Below are positions 21,167 through 31,244 of a stretch of 64,000 nt of DNA, one piece after another. A program made the position numbers and the translations under genes. Under the pieces are notes generated by a model. It was not told the origin of the DNA. It ran no database searches and saw nothing but the letters and a program-made list of their open reading frames with translations. How positions within the stretch are numbered: position 1 is the first letter of the stretch; each line of letters opens with the position of its first letter. The stretch comes from an uncultured Gemmatimonadales bacterium (lineage in GTDB: Bacteria; Gemmatimonadota; Gemmatimonadetes; Longimicrobiales; RSA9): positions 1,728,001 to 1,792,000 of the forward strand of contig CAWCRS010000007.1 of the NCBI GenBank assembly GCA_963798085.1, in the 5' to 3' direction.

Positions 21167-22427
21167 GGAAGGTTGGCGAGACGCTGCTCGATATGATCCA
21201 GGATCAGCTCCGCCACTTCGGTCTTGGGCAGCAGCGGCAGTTCCTGTTCGCGCGCATTGTCGATGAGAACCACGTGGTTGGTGTCGACTTCGAAGCCCGC
21301 ACCGGATTCGCCGGCATGATTCAGCACGATGAGGTCGAGTCCCTTCGCAGCGAGCTTGCGTTTCGCTTCCGCGCGGCCATCGCCGGTCTCCAGCGCGAAG
21401 CCGACAGTGAAGAGGCCCTCGGGGCGTGCGTCCTTCGTGGCTGCGAGCACGTCGGTCGCCGCTTCCAGAGGTATTCGCGCGGCGCCTGTTGTCGCTTGAT
21501 CTTGGCGTCTGCGCGTGCGCGGGCCGGAAGTCCGCCACCGCGGCTGCCATCAGCAGCACGCGTGCGGCGGGCAGCGCCGCGCGCACGGCATCGGCCATCC
21601 GGCAGCGGTTTCCACGCGCACATGTGGGGCCCGACCGGCGAGTTCCACGCCGTGGGTCCTGCGATCAGCACCACGTCGCCGCCTCGCCGCCAGGCGGCCG
21701 CTGCAAGGGCAAAGCCCATGCGCCCGGACGAGCGGTTGGACAGCACCCGCACGGGGTCGACGGCTTCGCGCGTGGGTCCCGCCGTCACCACGATCACCTG
21801 ACCTGTCAGTGCGCTCGCGGCCGTCAGGGCGCGACCGATGTGTTCGACGATCGCCTCGGGCTCGACCATGCGACCCGGGGCCCTCGCCCTCACCCTGCGC
21901 CAGCGGGCCGGTTGCCGGACCAATGATACGGTAGCCCAGCGTCGTCGCCAGGTGCGCCACATTCGCCTGTGTCTGTGCGTGCGCCCACATGGCATCGTTC
22001 ATGGCCGGGCACATCAGCACGGGTGCGCGCGTGGCGAGGAGGACGGCGGTCAGCAGGTCGTCGGCGCGGCCGCTGGCGGCACGTGCCATGAGGTCGGCCG
22101 TGGCTGGCGCCACGCAGACGACGTCGGCCTCGCGCGCCACTCGGATGTGTTCGAGCGCATGGCCCGGCTCGATCAATTCGATCAGCACGGGTCGGCCGGT
22201 CACGGCTTCGAATGTGATGGGACCCACGAAGGCGCGCGCGGCCCGCGTGAGAATGATGTCCACGGCCGCGCCCAGCCGGGTGAGATCGCGCGCGAGCTGC
22301 ACGCACTTGTACGCGGCGATGCCGCCGGCTACGCCAAGCACGACGCGACGGCCCTGCCACGGCCGTCGTTCGTTCCGCCTCCGGAGTCACCGCCTCGCGG
22401 CCGGCCCGCTCCGGCCGAGCCGCTCAT
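21163..22427 (-). CDS. coaBC: bifunctional phosphopantothenoylcysteine decarboxylase/ligase (several frameshifts)
   Basis: GGIAAYK, APATAD, PAMN, TAGPTREAVDPVR..NRSSGRMG, MAAAVADF, VGFALET in successive frames. Confidence 0.92.
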
Positions 22428-22430
22428 GGC

Positions 22431-22646
22431 TCAGACGGTTCCCTTGCGCCGACGCTTCACCAGATTGAACTCGAAGCTCGTCGTTGACCAGCGCTTCCAG
22501 CGATCGCGTGGTGAGCTTCTTCTGCGCGTGGCCGGCATGGTATCACGCGGCAGCGCGTTCAGCTCGCGTGCGTAACGCGCGGCGACCAGCAGCCCGAGGT
22601 ACTTGCTTCCCGGCTTGCTGGTCTCGTCCGGTGTGAACACCCTCAT
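22431..22646 (-). CDS. rpoZ: RNA polymerase omega subunit (two compensating indels)
   Basis: SKYLGLLVAARYARELN; KKLTTRSLEAL in an alternate frame; gmk-rpoZ-coaBC synteny. Confidence 0.8.
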   Translation of the reverse strand: MRVFTPDETSKPGSKYLGLLVAARYARELNALPRDTMPATRRRSSPRDRWKRWSTTSFEFNLVKRRRKGTV

Positions 22647-22649
22647 TGC

Positions 22650-23291
22650 TTACTCCTCCCGATCTCCTGCAGATACCCTGCAATCTCGGAAACGCGTCCT
22701 TCGAGCCCCGGTACCGTGTCCGGCAATGCGTTCCGCCACGAAAATGGCATTCAGCGTATCCGCCGCCCGCTCGAAGTGGTCGTTGATCACGACGTAGTCG
22801 AATTCGGGCGGCGCATCCAGTTCCTTGAGCGCCGTACGCATGCGCGTCAGCTGTTCGACGCTGGCCTCGCTCCCCCGGCCCGCCAGTCGACGGTGCAGTT
22901 CCTTCGCCGATGGCGGCAGCACGAACACCAGCACGGCGTCGGGAAACAGGCTGCGCACGTTGTGCGCCCCCTGCACGTCGATATCCAGCACCACGCTGCG
23001 GCCGGACTGGAGTGCCCGCGTCACACCGTCGCGCAGCGTGCCGTAACGGTAGCTGTGTACCCAGGCCCATTCGAGCAGCGCACCCTCGGAAAGGAGCTGA
23101 TCGAAACCCGCGTCGTCGACGAAGTGATAATCGTACTCGCGACGTTCCGCGGGCCGCGGCGGCCGCGTCGTTGCGGACAGGGAGAACACCGGGTCCGAGT
23201 TGTGCTGCACCAGCGTCCTGGCGAGCGTGGTCTTGCCCGCGCCACTGGGCGCTGCCACCACCAGCGGAAACGGCTGGCTGCTCAGAGTCAT
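22650..23291 (-). CDS. gmk: guanylate kinase
   Basis: APSGAGKTT, SATTRPPR, YGT, LDIDVQGA, PPS. Confidence 0.94.
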   Translation of the reverse strand: MTLSSQPFPLVVAAPSGAGKTTLARTLVQHNSDPVFSLSATTRPPRPAERREYDYHFVDDAGFDQLLSEGALLEWAWVHSYRYGTLRDGVTRALQSGRSVVLDIDVQGAHNVRSLFPDAVLVFVLPPSAKELHRRLAGRGSEASVEQLTRMRTALKELDAPPEFDYVVINDHFERAADTLNAIFVAERIAGHGTGARRTRFRDCRVSAGDREE

Positions 23292-24175
23292 TCCACGTTC
23301 TCTACCTGCTCGCGCAGGCGCTCGATCTCCTCCTTGATGCCGATCACGCGGTGCTCGATGGGCGCGTCGTTGGCCTTTGAACCGATGGTATTCGCTTCGC
23401 GGTTCATTTCCTGTGTCAGGAAGCTCAGGCGCTTGCCCACCGGTTCGGCGTCGTCCGCCGCCAGCGATGCGCGGAAGAGTTCGATGTGCGAACGCAGTCG
23501 TACCAGTTCTTCGCTGACATCCCAGCGTTCGGCAATCTGCGCGATCTCACGGGCAATGCGTTCCTCATCGACGGCAATGCCCTCGAGCAGATCCGTGATC
23601 ACGCGACGCATGCGATCCCGTTCCACCACCAGACGCTCGGGGGCGCGCTGCGCAATGTGGGCGAGCGCGTTTTCAATGGCGGACAGCCGCCCTTCCATGT
23701 CATCCGCCAGCCGCCGTCCTTCTTCGCCGCGCATCGTGAGTGCCGCGCGTGCCGCCTGCTCGGTAACCGCGCGCACCGCTTCCGGGTCCAGCGCCAGGTC
23801 CTCCTGATCCTCCCACACGAGGATATCGCCGAAGCGCGTGAGCATGCTCAAGTCGATCTCGCCTTTTAGGCCCAGCGTGGTGCGCAGCTTCTCCAGCGCA
23901 TCCGCGTACTGCCGGGCCTTCACCTCATCGACCTGCAGAGAGCCCTGGCCGATGGGCTGGCCATCGCGCTCCAGCTGCATGGTGAAGTGCACGTGTCCGC
24001 GCGGCAGCAGTGCGCGCAGCCACTCGCGCACCTGTGGATCGAACCGCTCGAGCCCGCGGGCCAGCCGCAGGTTGGGACTGAAATAGCGATGGTTGACAGT
24101 GCGGATCTCAGCCCGCAGCCGTCCCGCGGCCGTGTCCACCGCGGCCTCGCCGAAGCCTGTCATGCTGCGGATCAT
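23288..24175 (-). CDS. yicC: YicC/YloC family endoribonuclease
   Basis: MIRSMTGFG, VNHRY, GKRLSFLTQEMNREANTIGSK, REQVENVE. Confidence 0.95.
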   Translation of the reverse strand: MIRSMTGFGEAAVDTAAGRLRAEIRTVNHRYFSPNLRLARGLERFDPQVREWLRALLPRGHVHFTMQLERDGQPIGQGSLQVDEVKARQYADALEKLRTTLGLKGEIDLSMLTRFGDILVWEDQEDLALDPEAVRAVTEQAARAALTMRGEEGRRLADDMEGRLSAIENALAHIAQRAPERLVVERDRMRRVITDLLEGIAVDEERIAREIAQIAERWDVSEELVRLRSHIELFRASLAADDAEPVGKRLSFLTQEMNREANTIGSKANDAPIEHRVIGIKEEIERLREQVENVE

Positions 24176-24260
24176 TGCATCTCCCCGTAGCCTTCAATGC
24201 TAGGCGAAACCGCAGGCAGGGTCAAACCGGAGCCATCGCTCGACACCCGTTCGAAGTCGA

Positions 24261-26072
24261 TCAGTTCAGGAAGGACCATTTGACTCCGTAGACGATGCGC
24301 GGGCCCGCGAGGCGGATGCCGGGAAGATCGCCGATATCGGCGCCGGTCATGTCATCGAAGCGCACGAAGATGCGCACATCAATGACACGGATCTGGAAGT
24401 ACGCGCTGAGCACAGTGTGCGCCGGCACAATGCTGCCGACGTCCAGCGGCGGCGTCAGCATGGCGCCGCGTCGGGTCGCCTCAATGCGCGCCATGAGTTC
24501 GAGATTGCCGGAGGGCAGCGGAATCGTGTGGATGTCGAGTCCGCCCGTTCCCAGAGAAACGGGTCGATAGGCGCCGGTCCGCCCGCTGAACCACGTCGCA
24601 TACGATCCTTCCGCCCAAAGCCACTTGCGGATCAGCGGGAGGTGCACGCTGGTCTCCCAGCCTGTGACCGTGTCACCCGGCACGACGACACTGCCCGTAT
24701 CCGTGGCGAGGCCGAATAATGCGATCGAGTCCGCCCGTACGTGCAGGAGTGCACCGGCCGCGTGCAGGCCGTGCCAGGTCAGCTCCGCGCCGCCACGCAG
24801 CACGGTGCTGCGCGTGCGGCGAGGGCCCAGCGTCGTGTCGCCTGCGTACCCCGCGGCGCCCCGGGCGCCCGACCCGAACTCGGCGAACAGCCGCAGGCCC
24901 GTGAGCAGGTCCGCCGCACCGAAGGCGTGCATGGATATGGCACCCGGTACGTTGCTCCAGCTCTGGTGCGCTATTTCACCGCTGCCCTGGAGGCGTGCAC
25001 CCACCTGCCCATGCGCGGAGAGGCTCGCCTCCAGGTGCGGCAGTGCATCGAGGTTGCGCCAGCGGAAATCGGCCAGGACGGCGCCAGAGCCTCGCTCCAT
25101 TGCGAGTCGGCCGCCCGCCTGTGTGGCGCTTCGGTCAATGTGCCGCTGCAGCGAATCCGGCAGCAGCGGATCGGCGCCAATGATCTTCTCGCTGCTGCGG
25201 CCGCCGTACAGTTCACCCACCAGCGCGCTGCCCAGTCGTGTGCGCGCCCGCAGGACGACGTCCTGACGCGTCAGCTGCTCCGGAAACGGCGCGTCAGGAT
25301 CGCGATTCAGCCGATTGCGCCGAAACTGCACTTCAATGCCGCGGTCCGGGTGCAGTACGCCCCAGCGCAACCAGGTCGAGAAGTTGTCGGCGGGCTCGGC
25401 ACGGCCGCCGCCGGTCAGCTCGACGCGCTCCACCGCCAGCCCGATGGGACCGATCAGGAAACGCGGCGCCAGCAGCATGCCGCGGAACAGATTCGTGCGC
25501 GGCTGACCCACGCCCGCGGCAATGCGCGAGTAGGGCTGGGCCGTAAGCGACGCTTCGCTCGTCAGTTTGACGAGCAGGACATCCACCCGTCGCTCGACGC
25601 GCACGCGGTGCAGGTGGACCAGTTCGATGGTTGAAAGATCGAGCGCTGCGCTGTTGAGCGGGTCGAGTACGAAACCATCCCACTCGACGCGCAATCGCGT
25701 TCCGCCGGTCGTCAACGCCGTTGCCGCTTCAGGCTCGAGGAAGACGCCGGAGCGGAGAATGGTGACGCCCGGGATGCGGTGCAGCAGATCGAGCAGTGTG
25801 ATCTCGCCATCGAGCAGAAGCTGGTCGCGGTCCCATTCCCAGACGCCAGCGGCGAAAGAGGGAGCGGGCAGCGAATCCGGCCACGTAACGAGGTGAGGCG
25901 GAGGCGTGGTGTCTCGAGGAACCGTGTCCTGGCGCAGCGTATCGGCGCGCAGTGTGTCCGTGCGTGTCGTGTCGCGTCGCTGCTGGGCCTGTGAGCGTTG
26001 CGGAACCGCGAACAGCGCGAGCAGCAGCGCGGCACGCGCGAGCGTGCGCGGTCCCCAACGACCTGGCGTCAT
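24261..26072 (-). CDS. putative outer-membrane beta-barrel with plug-like domain
   Basis: Signal peptide from ATG 26072, LDLLHRIPGV plug-like segment, amphipathic strands, C-terminal YGVKWSFLN. Confidence 0.7.
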   Translation of the reverse strand: MTPGRWGPRTLARAALLLALFAVPQRSQAQQRRDTTRTDTLRADTLRQDTVPRDTTPPPHLVTWPDSLPAPSFAAGVWEWDRDQLLLDGEITLLDLLHRIPGVTILRSGVFLEPEAATALTTGGTRLRVEWDGFVLDPLNSAALDLSTIELVHLHRVRVERRVDVLLVKLTSEASLTAQPYSRIAAGVGQPRTNLFRGMLLAPRFLIGPIGLAVERVELTGGGRAEPADNFSTWLRWGVLHPDRGIEVQFRRNRLNRDPDAPFPEQLTRQDVVLRARTRLGSALVGELYGGRSSEKIIGADPLLPDSLQRHIDRSATQAGGRLAMERGSGAVLADFRWRNLDALPHLEASLSAHGQVGARLQGSGEIAHQSWSNVPGAISMHAFGAADLLTGLRLFAEFGSGARGAAGYAGDTTLGPRRTRSTVLRGGAELTWHGLHAAGALLHVRADSIALFGLATDTGSVVVPGDTVTGWETSVHLPLIRKWLWAEGSYATWFSGRTGAYRPVSLGTGGLDIHTIPLPSGNLELMARIEATRRGAMLTPPLDVGSIVPAHTVLSAYFQIRVIDVRIFVRFDDMTGADIGDLPGIRLAGPRIVYGVKWSFLN

Positions 26073-27589
26073 CCGGCCGATCGCGAACGCACCCACTCGA
26101 TGAAGAGGCGCGTGGGCACGCCGGTCGGGCCCTTCCGCAGCCAGGGAACGGGGTCGTCGCGATAGGCCGTGCCCGCGATATCGAGATGCGCCCACGGTGT
26201 GGTGCCCGCGAACTCGCGCAGGAACCAGCCCGCGGTGAGCGAGCCTGCGGGCCGCCCGCCCGTGTTCTTGATGTCGGCGAAGGTGCTGTCGATCTGCTCG
26301 CGGTACTCCTGCCACAGCGGCATCGGCCAGCAGCGCTCGCCCACGGTCTCGCCAATGGCGCGCACTTCGTCGATCAACGCGTCGTCATTGCCCATGAGTC
26401 CGGTGGCGTGATTCCCGAGCGCCACCACGATCGCGCCCGTCAGCGTCGCGGCGTCGAGCATGGCCGCCGGCTTGAAGCGCTGTGCGTAGGACAGAGCATC
26501 CGCCAGGATCAGCCGCCCCTCGGCATCGGTGTTCACCACTTCGATCGTCTTCCCCAGATGCGAGCCAATGATGTCACCCGGCTTGACTGCGGTTCCCGAT
26601 GGCAGGTTTTCCGTCGATGGCACCAGTCCCACGACGTTCGCTTTCAGTCCGAGCTCCGCGATGCCCTGCATGGCGCCGAGCGTGCCCGCCGCGCCCGACA
26701 TGTCGTACTTCATGTCCTCCATGCGCTCGGCCGGCTTGATCGAGATGCCGCCCGAGTCGAAGGTCACACCCTTGCCGATCAGCACCAGAGGCGCGCGATC
26801 GTCTCCGGCCCCGTGATACTCCAGCGCAATGAAGCGTGGTTCCTCTTCACTGCCGGCGGCCACCGCCAGCAGCGCGTGCATGCCTTCGCGGCGCATGGCT
26901 TCGCGATCCAGCACAGTCGACTTCAAGCCGAATCGGCTGGCGATCTCGGTCGCCGTCTGGGCAAGGTAGGTTGGAGTGGCGACGTTGCCGGGGCGGATGG
27001 CCAGGCCGCGCGCGACATTCGCGGCGCCTGCCGTCACCGCGCCGCCCTGCGCTGCCGCCCTCGCGCCTGACACCGCGTTTGCGGACGCGAACAGTGTGAG
27101 CGACTCGAGTCGTACAGTTTCCTTCGTGACTGCGTCCGTCTTCATTTCCAGCCAGTCCCACGCGGCCAGCGTCACGGCCTCGGCAATGACGCGAGCCGCG
27201 ACAGTGACCGCCAGACGAGAGGCTTCGGCAGCCTGGTCGACCATGAAGGCGAGCGCACGCCCGCGGATCTTCTCCGCCTGGCGGACGCCTTGACCGGCCG
27301 CGCGCCGCAGACGTCCGGCGCCCGCATCCTCGGGCTTGCCCATGCCAATCAGCACGATGCGTTCGACACCTGCATCCGCGACCGCCGGATAGAGCAGCAG
27401 TGTCTCGTCCTTGCGACCGCGGAAATCGCCACGCGCGAGCGCCTGTGCCAGCGCACCGCCGGCGCGCGCATCGATGGCCGCGAGCACGCCGGCGCGCGCA
27501 TCTTCGCCTTCACACACTGGAACCGCGAGCAGCGGGCCGCGCAGCTCTGCTGCGCTGGCACCCGAGACCGTGAGCTGCAGATTCGCCAT
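26069..27589 (-). CDS. pepA: leucyl aminopeptidase (M17)
   Basis: GKGVTFDSGG, MKYDMSGA, NTDAEGRL, ATLTGA, HLDIAG. Confidence 0.95.
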   Translation of the reverse strand: MANLQLTVSGASAAELRGPLLAVPVCEGEDARAGVLAAIDARAGGALAQALARGDFRGRKDETLLLYPAVADAGVERIVLIGMGKPEDAGAGRLRRAAGQGVRQAEKIRGRALAFMVDQAAEASRLAVTVAARVIAEAVTLAAWDWLEMKTDAVTKETVRLESLTLFASANAVSGARAAAQGGAVTAGAANVARGLAIRPGNVATPTYLAQTATEIASRFGLKSTVLDREAMRREGMHALLAVAAGSEEEPRFIALEYHGAGDDRAPLVLIGKGVTFDSGGISIKPAERMEDMKYDMSGAAGTLGAMQGIAELGLKANVVGLVPSTENLPSGTAVKPGDIIGSHLGKTIEVVNTDAEGRLILADALSYAQRFKPAAMLDAATLTGAIVVALGNHATGLMGNDDALIDEVRAIGETVGERCWPMPLWQEYREQIDSTFADIKNTGGRPAGSLTAGWFLREFAGTTPWAHLDIAGTAYRDDPVPWLRKGPTGVPTRLFIEWVRSRSAG

Positions 27590-27600
27590 GCCTGTTCCCC

Positions 27601-28833
27601 TCACATGTTGCGCACGATGGCTTCACCGAACTGCGAAGTAGACAACAACGTGGCCCCCTGCATCTGCCGCTCCAGATCATACGTCACGGTACGCGCCTGG
27701 ATGGTGCGCTCGATGCCATGCACCACCAGTTCGGCCGCTTCGTTCCAGCCCATGTGCTCCAGCATCATCACACCGGAGAGCATCAGTGATCCGGGATTGA
27801 CCTTGTCCTGATTCGCGTACTTGGGCGCGGTGCCGTGCGTCGCTTCGAATACGGCTGCTTCATCGCCCACGTTGGCGCCCGGCGCCATACCCAGCCCGCC
27901 CACCTGGGCGGCCGTGGCATCGGACAGGTAGTCTCCGTTGAGGTTGGGTGTGGCGAGAACCGAGTACTCGTCCGGGCGCAGCAGCACCTGCTGGAACATG
28001 GCATCGGCAATGCGATCCTTGATCAGCACACGACCGTTCCGATCGCCTTTCAGCTCGGCTTCCGTGACGGTCTGCTGCGCGAATTTCTCGCGCGCCACCT
28101 CGTAGCCCCAGTCGCGGAAGGCGCCTTCCGTGTACTTCATGATGTTGCCCTTGTGCACGAGCGTGACCGACGCACGGCCGCGCTGCAGCGCGTAGCGGAT
28201 CGCGGCCGCGACCAGTCGCTTCGATCCGAATTCGCTCATCGGCTTGATGCCGATCGCGCTCTTCTCGCGAATATCCGCGTGCAACTCATCGACCAGGAAT
28301 TGGCGCAGACGGTCGGCCTCGGGACTGCCTGCCTTCCACTCGATGCCCGCGTACACGTCCTCGGTGTTTTCGCGGAAGATCACCACATCGAGCTTGTCCG
28401 GTTCCTTCACGGGGCATGGCACGCCCGCGAAGTAGCGCACGGGCCGGATGCACGCGTACAGGTCGAGCACCTGGCGCAGTGCGACGTTCAGGGATCGGAT
28501 GCCGCCACCCACGGGCGTGGTGAGCGGGCCCTTGATGCCGACGCGGAATTCGCGTAACGCGCGGAGCGTCTCGCCGGGCAGCCATTCGGCTGTCTTCTCG
28601 ACAGCCTTCTCGCCTGCGTAGACCTCCATCCACACGATGCGCCGGCGTCCGTCATAGGCTTTCCTGACCGCGCCTTCGAGCACGTGCTGCGTGGCACGCC
28701 AGATGTCGGGGCCCGTACCGTCGCCTTCAATGTACGGAACGATGGGCTGGTCCGGCACGACGAGTTCACCATCCACAATGCGGATCTGCTCGCCTGCCTC
28801 TGGAACGCGGATCAGCTTGTAGCCTTCGGGCAT
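27601..28833 (-). CDS. icd: NADP-dependent isocitrate dehydrogenase
   Basis: [54 protein letters not shown]. Confidence 0.97.
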   Translation of the reverse strand: MPEGYKLIRVPEAGEQIRIVDGELVVPDQPIVPYIEGDGTGPDIWRATQHVLEGAVRKAYDGRRRIVWMEVYAGEKAVEKTAEWLPGETLRALREFRVGIKGPLTTPVGGGIRSLNVALRQVLDLYACIRPVRYFAGVPCPVKEPDKLDVVIFRENTEDVYAGIEWKAGSPEADRLRQFLVDELHADIREKSAIGIKPMSEFGSKRLVAAAIRYALQRGRASVTLVHKGNIMKYTEGAFRDWGYEVAREKFAQQTVTEAELKGDRNGRVLIKDRIADAMFQQVLLRPDEYSVLATPNLNGDYLSDATAAQVGGLGMAPGANVGDEAAVFEATHGTAPKYANQDKVNPGSLMLSGVMMLEHMGWNEAAELVVHGIERTIQARTVTYDLERQMQGATLLSTSQFGEAIVRNM

Positions 28834-28883
28834 GGTGGTTCTCCTGCTATTTGTCCGGGTCGCGCGCCGGCGGCGCGCAGGGT

Positions 28884-30018
28884 TCAGTCGCGCTCGTCGA
28901 TCGGGCGTACGCGCAGACCGTCCGGACCGAGATACGTCGCGTCCGGCCGGATGAGCCGGTTGTTCTCGTGTTGCTCGATCACGTGTGCCGCCCATCCCGG
29001 CATGCGGGCACAGGCGAAGATGTTCGTGAACAGCTCGAGCGGAATCCCCAGCGTGTAGTAGACCGATGCGCTGAAGAAGTCGACGTTGGGGTAGATGCGC
29101 TTCTCTCGTTTCTGCATCTCCTCGCGCATCACCTCCTGCACACGCTCGGCGATGCGCAGCCAGCGCGCGTCCCCGGCGCGCGCCTCCAGCTTCCCGGCCA
29201 TGCGCTGGAGTATGGGCGCGCGCGGGTCCAGCGTGCGGTACACGCGATGCCCGAAGCCCATCACGCGGTCGCCGCGCGCCAGCGCACTGCGCACCCAGTC
29301 CTCCGCCCGGTCCACGCTCTCGATCTGCAGGAGCATGCGCATGACGCCTTCATTGGCGCCGCCGTGCAACGGACCCTTGAGTGTTCCAATGGCGGAGACC
29401 ATGGCGGAGTGCATGTCGCTCAAGGTGCCCGCCGTCACGCGGGCCGCGAATGTCGACGCGTTCATCCCGTGCTCGGCGTGAAGCACAAAGGCTACATTCG
29501 ATCGTGCGCGCTTCCAGCGCATCGGCCGGGTGGCCACGCAGCATGTACAGGAAGTTGGCGGCCAGACCCAGGTCGGAACGCGGTGTCAGGGCATCGAGTC
29601 CCGAGCGGAACCGGCCGATCGCCGCGGTCAGCGTGATGGCCTGCGCCGTCAGGCGGATGGCCTTCCGTTCCAGCGCGGCCCGCGCATTGTCTTCCGCATC
29701 CGGGTCCGTGAAGGCGAGTGCGGAGACCGCTGTGCGCAGGACCGCCATGGGATGCGTGAGCGTAGCGCCGGTGCGGGCTATGTCCAGAATGCGCGGGTCG
29801 ACCGGAAGCGCCGCGCGCAGGCGGCTGGACAAGGCTTCCAGTTCGGCGCGGCGGGGCAGCCGGCCGTACCAGAGCAGGTGGCAGACCTCTTCAAAACTCG
29901 CGTTTTCCGCGAGATCCTCGATGTCGTATCCAGCGTAGGTGAGCCGGCCTTCTTCCCCCAGAACCCGGCTGATGCGCGTTTCTGCCGCGACCACGCCCTC
30001 CAGACCCTTGCCCGACAT
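28884..30018 (-). CDS. gltA: citrate synthase (frameshift near 29499)
   Basis: [41 protein letters not shown]. Confidence 0.93.
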
Positions 30019-30143
30019 GCCCGCTGTTCCCCCGTCTTTGTTCCGCTTCCCAGAACCGGCTGATGCACGAAGGGGCCTCTGCGTGGCCATGTGAGACTGG
30101 CACGCGGGGCCCCAGCACTGCACCGCCGGTCCGCAGCCGGCCG

Positions 30144-30172
30144 AACATAGTGGTCACCTGCAGGCCCCGCAA
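30144..30172 (-). promoter_or_regulatory. sigma70-type promoter of gltA
   Basis: TTGCGG-N17-TATGTT. Confidence 0.45.
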
Positions 30173-30231
30173 GCAGGTCCGCAGTGGAAGTTGTGCCCCT
30201 ATCTGATGTTGCGCTGGAACTTCGGGAAGGC

Positions 30232-30909
30232 TCAGTGCGGCGGAAGCTGTGCGACGAGCGCGTTCACCAGGCCGGCCGCATGCGATCCGACATCGAGCGC
30301 TTTCGCGGCATCGCCTTGTGCCAGCGCCTTGCGAGCATCCTGCTCCACATCGCGTGCGCTGGCCGCCATGCGCAGCAGCCTCGGCATGTCGTCCTTGTGC
30401 CTGGCATCCAGCCGCCGCACCGACGCCTCCGCGCGCAGGCGGGCGCGGTCGACCAGAGAAACGAAGAGGAGCGACGTCGCCGGCCCGAGGATTTCGACCG
30501 TAGCTGATGCCTGGAACGACCGGGCGGCCGCCAGGCTGCGTTGGCCCGCGTCCTCGTCTCCGCTGTCCACCGCCCGCCAGGCCGCGGCCAGCAGAACGCG
30601 ATGCTGCTGGCGAAGTGCCGCTGCGTGGGCAGGGGCTCTGCGGTCCTCGGTGAGCAGCGCAAGTGTGAAGAGACTGTCCAGTCCGGGAACCTGCGAGGGG
30701 GACATCCCGTCCGGCCGCTCGATACGGGCGAAGGCCTCGAACAACACACGGTGCGCAGGCTCGCGGCTGGCCTGACCGGACGCTTGCAGAATGCGTGCGA
30801 CGCCGTCGGAATCGAGCTGATCGAGGGCGGTGGGCGAGAGATCGCAGCCGGCTGCCAGAATCAGCGCCAGCAATGCCGGGGCCCGCCACGAGCCGAAAAG
30901 ACGCGTCAT
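30232..30909 (-). CDS. hypothetical helical lipoprotein
   Basis: Lipobox LAAGC after a hydrophobic stretch. Confidence 0.65.
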   Translation of the reverse strand: MTRLFGSWRAPALLALILAAGCDLSPTALDQLDSDGVARILQASGQASREPAHRVLFEAFARIERPDGMSPSQVPGLDSLFTLALLTEDRRAPAHAAALRQQHRVLLAAAWRAVDSGDEDAGQRSLAAARSFQASATVEILGPATSLLFVSLVDRARLRAEASVRRLDARHKDDMPRLLRMAASARDVEQDARKALAQGDAAKALDVGSHAAGLVNALVAQLPPH

Positions 30910-30970
30910 GCGACCGTGCTGCTGAGGTGATACAGGACCCTCGCCCGGGAACTACCGCCCGCCCAGGGTA

Positions 30971-30986
30971 TGCAAGCCAGGTGCCG
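30971..30986 (-). promoter_or_regulatory. sigma54 -24/-12 promoter
   Basis: CGGCACCTGGCTTGCA, close to TGGCAC-N5-TTGCW. Confidence 0.55.
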
Positions 30987-30988
30987 CC

Positions 30989-31015
30989 GTTCCAGCGCGC
31001 GCGACGCGCTGGAAC
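30989..31015. terminator. hairpin after the small membrane protein gene
   Basis: GTTCCAGCGCG/CGCGCTGGAAC 11-bp stem. Confidence 0.5.
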
Positions 31016-31037
31016 GCGACTGTTACGCAACAACCGG

Positions 31038-31232
31038 TCAGCTATGCGGCCCGGCCGCCGGATTGCCGCCCCGCGTGTAGAGCGCGAGCAGCGCGGCACC
31101 CACCGCCAGCAGCGCCGTTCCCAGCAGAGCGGGTCGCAGCGTGTGTACGGCGAGCGCGTGCCCGACGAAAAGTGCGAAGGAGACCGAGCACGCAGCGCCG
31201 GCCAGCAGCAGGATCGAGCGCAGGAGCCCCAT
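31038..31232 (-). CDS. small two-TM hypothetical protein
   Basis: GGAG RBS, two hydrophobic segments, follows the M28 peptidase gene. Confidence 0.55.
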   Translation of the reverse strand: MGLLRSILLLAGAACSVSFALFVGHALAVHTLRPALLGTALLAVGAALLALYTRGGNPAAGPHS

Positions 31233-31244
31233 GCATTCTCCGCT

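Noticed and set aside
19049..21598. 849-aa ORF joining coaBC, UDG and DnaB pieces
   Set aside because: Chance open frame through several indel-broken genes in high-GC DNA
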